From the NCBI GenBank assembly GCA_965202585.1, contig OZ241826.1, forward strand, positions 26,412,001 through 26,476,000: a stretch of DNA of 64,000 nt, written 5' to 3'. Shown one piece after another: positions 58,001-64,000 of this stretch. A program made the translations under genes and the position numbers. The notes below the pieces were generated by a model, which had not been told where the DNA came from, did not search any database, and was given only the letters and a program-made list of their open reading frames with translations. Source of the DNA: Thalia democratica (Eukaryota). Numbering within the stretch: the first letter of the stretch is position 1; every line of letters begins with the position of its first letter.

Positions 58001-61000
58001 ACAGCAAGCAAAATTTAAAAGTTGTTAATTCATATGTGTATGAGGATTGTTCTTACCTTTGTTTAATTTTTCTATTCTTCTATCATTAACTTCTTTCTCT
58101 TCTTTTATCTATCAACAACTTCTTTTGTTCATATGTTTGCACTAATAAGCTTTTGACAACAACTTGCTGTACTGTTTTTTATGTATATGACAAATGTAAA
58201 GACTAAATTTTGGAACAATATAAATATTAGTTAAATGGTGTTAAATGCAGAGTATTTAAGATGCAAGCATTTGAAAAACTTTGAAAAGAACTACATATGT
58301 TATTGACACAAAGTAGTGTGGTTTAACTGTTTTAGTTTGTAACAATGTATTGAGATGATAAATTCAAAACATCAAGCTCCTTTAATTTCTATGCACACTT
58401 AAAGAAACACACAATATTGAGACAAACTTAACTGTCATGGAAAACTTTAGCTTATGTAAGATGATGACAAGTAAAATGATATACTGTAACAGTATAGAAT
58501 CGAAGTTAAACAAATTTACAGTTATTACTCAAATTAAAAAACTTTAAACTGTTTAGTCTAATCTCAAGCATTTATCTAATATTGAAAAATTTAAGATTTA
58601 TACTGTTTTGAAAAGGTTACTAATTAAAATCAATTTACATAAGCAAGTTAAGTGACTGTTGTTTAAATATACATAGGATACAGTTCAATCATATAAATAG
58701 ATTTGTCAATGTACACATTTAGACTCATATTATTCTTTCTATTTTTATTTGGTACATTTTGTCATAAAAAAGTACACTTATCTATGATATTGATGAACTG
58801 TTTTCTATGTATTTGTAAAATATTAGGTAACTAAGTAGGATGATGTAATATCTGAAACTATATTCATTAAATTTAGGCTCTCTAAACCATAACCATTAAG
58901 TGTGTGGTTTTAACAAAATAAATACATCTCTAAGGTACGCATTTTAAGGAGTACGCACTAGTTTTTTAATAGAACCTTTTCTGTTGCAACTATAGGTTTT
59001 CTTTAAAGAGTACGCACCACCCGCACAAGGTACGCGATAAATTTTACGGCCCGCCACCCATTTTTTCAATATGGGGAATCCCCCAAACCGAAAATCGATG
59101 GGAAATTTTTGATGAAGATTATTTAAAATAATTTTTTTAAGGCATTTCGCCGGCTCCGCGAAATTTTTCACATTTTTCCTTTTCCCTTTTTCTCCACGGC
59201 CTTTTTTCTTGAAGGCCACCTTTTTCTGTCAAATGGACCGTGAGTAGCGTAACTGCCAAACAAATGTACGTTTGTATATTTGTACGGTCTTTATCTGTTA
59301 TCTTTTACTAACCTTGAGCTTATGTGATCTAACTTATCAGTGTATAACCATTAAAGGCCTGACGGTAATATCGGTTGATAGTTTTTTAGTTATTGACTGA
59401 GTGGTTTTATATTGGTGAGTTTGATTAGTAAGTTTATAGGTAGCGGACAAGAATTAAAAAAAAACAAAGGGCTACGGCCGGTCGATGACACGGTGCTTCG
59501 CACCTGTCATCTCCCCGGCCTGCCCTTAGTTTTTTTTTAATTCTTGTCCTTTAGGCCCGGCCACTATGCTGGTCGGCACCTCCTTGAGTTATGACTTGGA
59601 TGTACGAGTAAATGTGCTAGTACTTCTAAGTCACAACTAAACTTTATTTTCACTAGAAGTTATTAGATAGAACAGACTAATTTTAGTATTTAAATTAATT
59701 AACAGATATAAATTAATATGAGCCACTTGTTTTCTGCAAACTATTTACGTCTTAATTTGTCCACACAAAATTAGGTAAATTTACAAATTATTTGCGTTAA
59801 TCGTACAATAGTAAATAAAATAATTTCTTCTTAATTTGTCCACATAAAGGTAGGAAATTTAAAAAATAATCTGCATCAATTATACGAACTTTTCTTTTTC
59901 AGCTATTTTTTCACATTAAGTCCTTAAATTTTATTTTTATTTTACCGTATTGTTACGTCATAATAAGTCTCTTTTTTTAATAATTTATTAGGGTTTTGCT
60001 TCTTATGTAATATGCACGCAAGTTATATTTATAAACTATCTTTTAAAGCAAATAACTTTCTAATAATGGATGAATAACATCAAGATTTACTAGTTTATTT
60101 TTATGTATAACTTCTTACTCATCCTTTAATTAGATCTAACAGACAAACTTTGTTTACTTGTACTTCAAACTTCCTAGATTCCGTTGATCAACCTTGTGTA
60201 TATTCTAAAGTGTTAGTTCATTTAAACAACTTGCTTTAATTTTTTTTTTGTGTTTTCGTCTGTTGTAGTTGCCATGTTTCTTATTTATTGGTTGTTTATG
60301 ATTGCAGGGATGCTTGCTACCACTTACATATGCATAATAAGCAATGAATAACATATTTTTTAATAAATTTCTTGTATTTAAGCATATATGGTAACCAACT
60401 AGTAATGTTTTATTGCCTGGTCTCGTTTGACTTAGTTCAAACGAGTGAAACATTATTTTATTAACAAAATTTATGATATTGAATTGATTGTTCTCCTTAT
60501 TATTTAGTCAAAAACTTTTATTGTGATCTATATTGTAAAAAGTTCACAATACTTTATTGATACTAATAACTACTTTTTATGTTTATTGTAAAATTTAGAT
60601 CATGCCGGGTTGCCGAAAAACCTGGAACTTGTGAAATTTTGAAAAAACCTTGAATTTTAAACAATTTTTACATGTTAAGTAGTAAAATTTTGATTCGACG
60701 CGAACAATCTATCAAATGTATAAATACTTTTTGTCATCTATAATTATTTATTTTAAAATACATTTAAAGTAGCTTCACAGTAATGTTGTTTTACTGTTTA
60801 ACACAGTTTTTTTACGTTAAACTTAACTTTTAATTAAAAATAGACCAATAAACGTGTAATTTGAAAATCTAGAAGAAATCCTGTTGCAACCCTGATCATA
60901 AGTCTTGATTTGATGAAATTAATTTTGATATTAAACAATCGTTATTGTTTGTTTTCCTACTATTTTAATTTGATAGAGCAGTGTTTCTTAATTAAACAGT

Positions 61001-62073
61001 TTTGTTCATATAATTTTGTACACTCCCTTACTAAACTTAAGTTAAACAAATATTCAAACTAAAACCAACTCTTATGGTTTTATCATTGATTATCATCTTG
61101 TTGCGCTTGTTTTAACTGTTATATCTATTGCATTAAAAAATATTTATTTCACTCGAAATTCAATGAGATAAAATGTCTATTTAAAGTTACCATCCCGTTT
61201 TAAAAAGTATAGTTTCACGGTCTGTACTACACTTAACCGTTATATACATGGTACCACAAAATCAGGAAAAAGTAGGGGTTTTTAAAAATGTCATGAAATT
61301 TGATATAAACATGCTGTTAATATGAAAGCTTATCATCACTATAAACTGCATTTTGAGAATGTTACTTCCAAAAAAAATTGCACTTCATTTTTTTTCAAGG
61401 TTTAGTTGAATTTTTGGAACAAATTAAAATCTTCTATGACCTCATGTGTGTATTTATTATGTGGTAAAGATACAAGTATTTTGCTTGTAGAGCTTTTTAT
61501 TGCGTATACATTAATAATATACATATGATTCAAATAGTGCAATGGAAAACTTATATGATTGAATCATAAACTGTTGTTAAAACTTATAAAAAACTAAGAT
61601 TAAAAATTTCACATAATTTCAAGTCATTGTTTATGTATTTTTGAATTAAATCCAAAAATCCGTAAATTTTTTTCAACTCGATATGTGACAACCTTGTATA
61701 TGTTTACATTATAAAACTGTCTCTACCTAAACTAAAAATGGCGAATTGACCAGCTTCAAATAATTGTTTTCTAACTGAACACAGTTACGCCAATTAAGTA
61801 ACTGTTTTATTTTTGAGGTCTTGTTTATAATTTTTTAAGAATAGTTTTTGTAGTACGATTAAGCAAAGTTTTTTTTTTGTATACAAGAATGAGCATATTA
61901 TACTTACTTGTCTTGTCAAAATTATATTTTTGCTTAAAAGCATTTAGTATCCTCAAATTCGTATGTTTGTAATGCGTCTACATTTAATTGAAAGATTTTA
62001 TATTTTCTTACTGATTTAATCTATGTAAACACAAGGGTACACTTGTCTTAAAACTGTAGTTTACGCTTGGGCT
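52718..62073. other. Probable false duplicate (chimeric assembly) of 24704-34059
   Basis: Apparently identical to copy A, ends at the gap; sequence after the gap restarts at the equivalent of 52171 and differs from it beyond about 52790. Confidence 0.75.
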
Positions 62074-62173
62074 NNNNNNNNNNNNNNNNNNNNNNNNNNN
62101 NNNNNNNNNNNNNNNNNNNNNNNNNNNNNNNNNNNNNNNNNNNNNNNNNNNNNNNNNNNNNNNNNNNNNNNNN
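62074..62173. other. Assembly gap (100 N)
   Basis: Exactly 100 N, the usual placeholder for a gap of unknown size. Confidence 0.98.
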
Positions 62174-62216
62174 AACACACATGTATATTTATTACAAATG
62201 CGCTACGTATACATAC

Positions 62217-62922
62217 CTGCCGTGGTCGATTTCCTTATCTTTCGGACCGTACGTTGCCATCAGTTGGGCTTCCAAATCGCAAACCGGCTTCCTGGCTGTT
62301 GTGACTGCGTGTATTGGAGTAAAAGTTATTAGACAACCGAGAAATAAATGCGCACAGTATAAGCTTTTGAGTAGTTGTAATTATAGTTTTTTTTTTGAAA
62401 TTCCGACAATTTAAGTTACTTACTAATAATATAGGTTCACATGATAAAGATATACTCAAATTAAAAAGTTTAAAGTAAAGTGCTATAGTTCATTTTTAAG
62501 CATATTGAACGACCTAATCTCAAAAAATCATTAAAAATAGCTTACTATAATGCCTGCAAAGTTATTTGTAGTAATAAACTGTTTAAATTACAAAAATCAG
62601 CGTAAATTCTAGTTCCATAAACTTATAATACCTTAAAAAGAATATTCAAAATAAAAAATCCATACAACTAAAACCCCACCTCTCGAGTTTGCCCCCATCT
62701 TTCCCAGGTAGTTGCTCCTCAGCGGCTTCTGTTTTGGCGGGAACATTATGTGGTCTTCCCGCCACATCAGCTGGGCGTGATCGTCCCACTTGGAAGCCTC
62801 CTTGTTGTTTTTGATGGCGAGCGCCCTCATCTGGATGCGCTTCGACTCCGGCTTGCTCGGTTCGGCCTGCAACGTTTTCTTGTTCTTTTCAAGCATCTCC
62901 ATCTTTCTTTTCATTTGGTCGC
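62217..62922 (-). CDS. UTP14: UTP14 exons after the gap (62922-62680, 62304-62217); probably the true continuation of copy B
   Basis: Identical to 52171-52790 (offset 10003), then diverges from the A/B sequence (RIQMRAL versus RMQMKAL plus intron SNPs). Confidence 0.85.
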
Positions 62923-64000
62923 CTGAAAATAAGAAAGTTAATTCTAAACTCAAGGTTTTTTATTTGTTAAAGGACGAAAAATTATATTCATCAAATTTTA
63001 AAAAGTAAATAGTAACTGAATTTCTTTAAATATTCAACTAAAACACTTACCACTGTTTTATTATACATATAAGAGGATAACTTTTTAACAGAAACTTCTT
63101 AAACTTAATTACTTTACAACTTTAAATGATTAAACTTTTGTAATTAATAGTGTTCTTAGATTAGGTTTTGTGTTTAGTCTAATTTACACTTATTTATCAT
63201 TTACAGTCAAAAACTTGCTATATAAAAAAGCAATAAGATTAATTAAACAAACTAATTGAATTATTTTCTAAAATAGAAGAAAACATAGCTTAGTTAAAGT
63301 TTAGTTCTGAAAAGTTAGTATCGTTTAACAAACTATAAAATAATATTTGTTTTAACGTTCTTGAACTATGATAAACAAGTTTAAGGGCATAGGGTAGTGT
63401 CTGACGATTATTTTTACTAAAAATAACATTGGATCTTATATGAAAGCCACATATGAAAGTACGTACTACAAGCCAGTTTTTATAGAATTAAAAAATCATA
63501 TTTAACTTTTAATATATTGTAATCTTTGTATAAAGCTTCTGATAATACGTTTAGACCGCAATTTTTTGTATTCAATATTCTCAGAAATTTGAAAAACCAC
63601 TAAAAATCTATCTTCTTCTTTATTTTTTGAGCTAGAGACATCAGACTTTCAGGAAACGATCATTTTATAGTTTAAAAGGCTTTAAATGTTGCAATTTTCA
63701 AAATATGAAAAAATATAATTTTTAGAATAAAAAAAAAGAAAAAAAGTTTTTTTTTTTATGAAAATTTTATTTTTGAAAAAGCGGTTTTGGTTTGTGCTTT
63801 CCATCAGAAACTTATTAACATCACCGACTTTGATTGCTTTTATATCAAAAATTACTTTGAGTTTATTAAAGCGATTAAAAATGACTGATAGCGCAGATAA
63901 AACTGTATAAAATAAAATCAACTTGTAAAAATCAAGGTGACCACCCCCTATGCCCTTAAATCATAAGCACATAGTTTCAAAACATTCTATTTAAAATGTT

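Noticed and set aside
62174-64000. Third UTP14 gene copy
   Set aside because: Better explained as the true continuation of copy B after a mis-join; the X-containing ORF 62067-62414 is a gap artefact.
1-64000. CRISPR arrays, rRNA or prokaryotic operons
   Set aside because: No regularly spaced repeat-spacer array or rRNA-like segment seen; the sequence is intron-rich eukaryotic DNA.

Overview
AT-rich (roughly 25% GC) animal, probably invertebrate, genomic DNA with spliced genes whose exons are often very GC3-rich; the taxon cannot be fixed from sequence alone. Genes: the 3' four coding exons of a taxilin-family gene (+, 22-6053); the 3' three exons of a CUB-domain gene (+, 13032-14508); and UTP14 (-, 13 coding exons traced, 19988-27077, start codon not located). 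An old segmental duplication (non-coding about 70-85% identical by eye) carries a second intact UTP14 (-, 48348-55091), an orphan but almost perfectly preserved last CUB exon (44389-44547) and a deleted copy of that exon (40740-40792). 52.7-62.07 kb matches 24.7-34.06 kb at a constant 28014-bp offset and ends in a 100-N gap, after which the true paralog-2 sequence resumes, so it is most likely a chimeric assembly artefact. Several MITE families and a tRNA-derived SINE head are present. Most interesting: (1) in all three genes, exon edges are re-copied about 94-100 nt away in the neighbouring intron as 'echoes' that keep the peptide but use A/T-ending codons, and the most GC3-rich exons look synonymously frozen between paralogs; (2) a minimal type I hammerhead ribozyme motif of the Penelope/retrozyme class at 44780-44810; (3) the conserved orphan CUB exon. 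All exon models, counts and identities were derived by hand.
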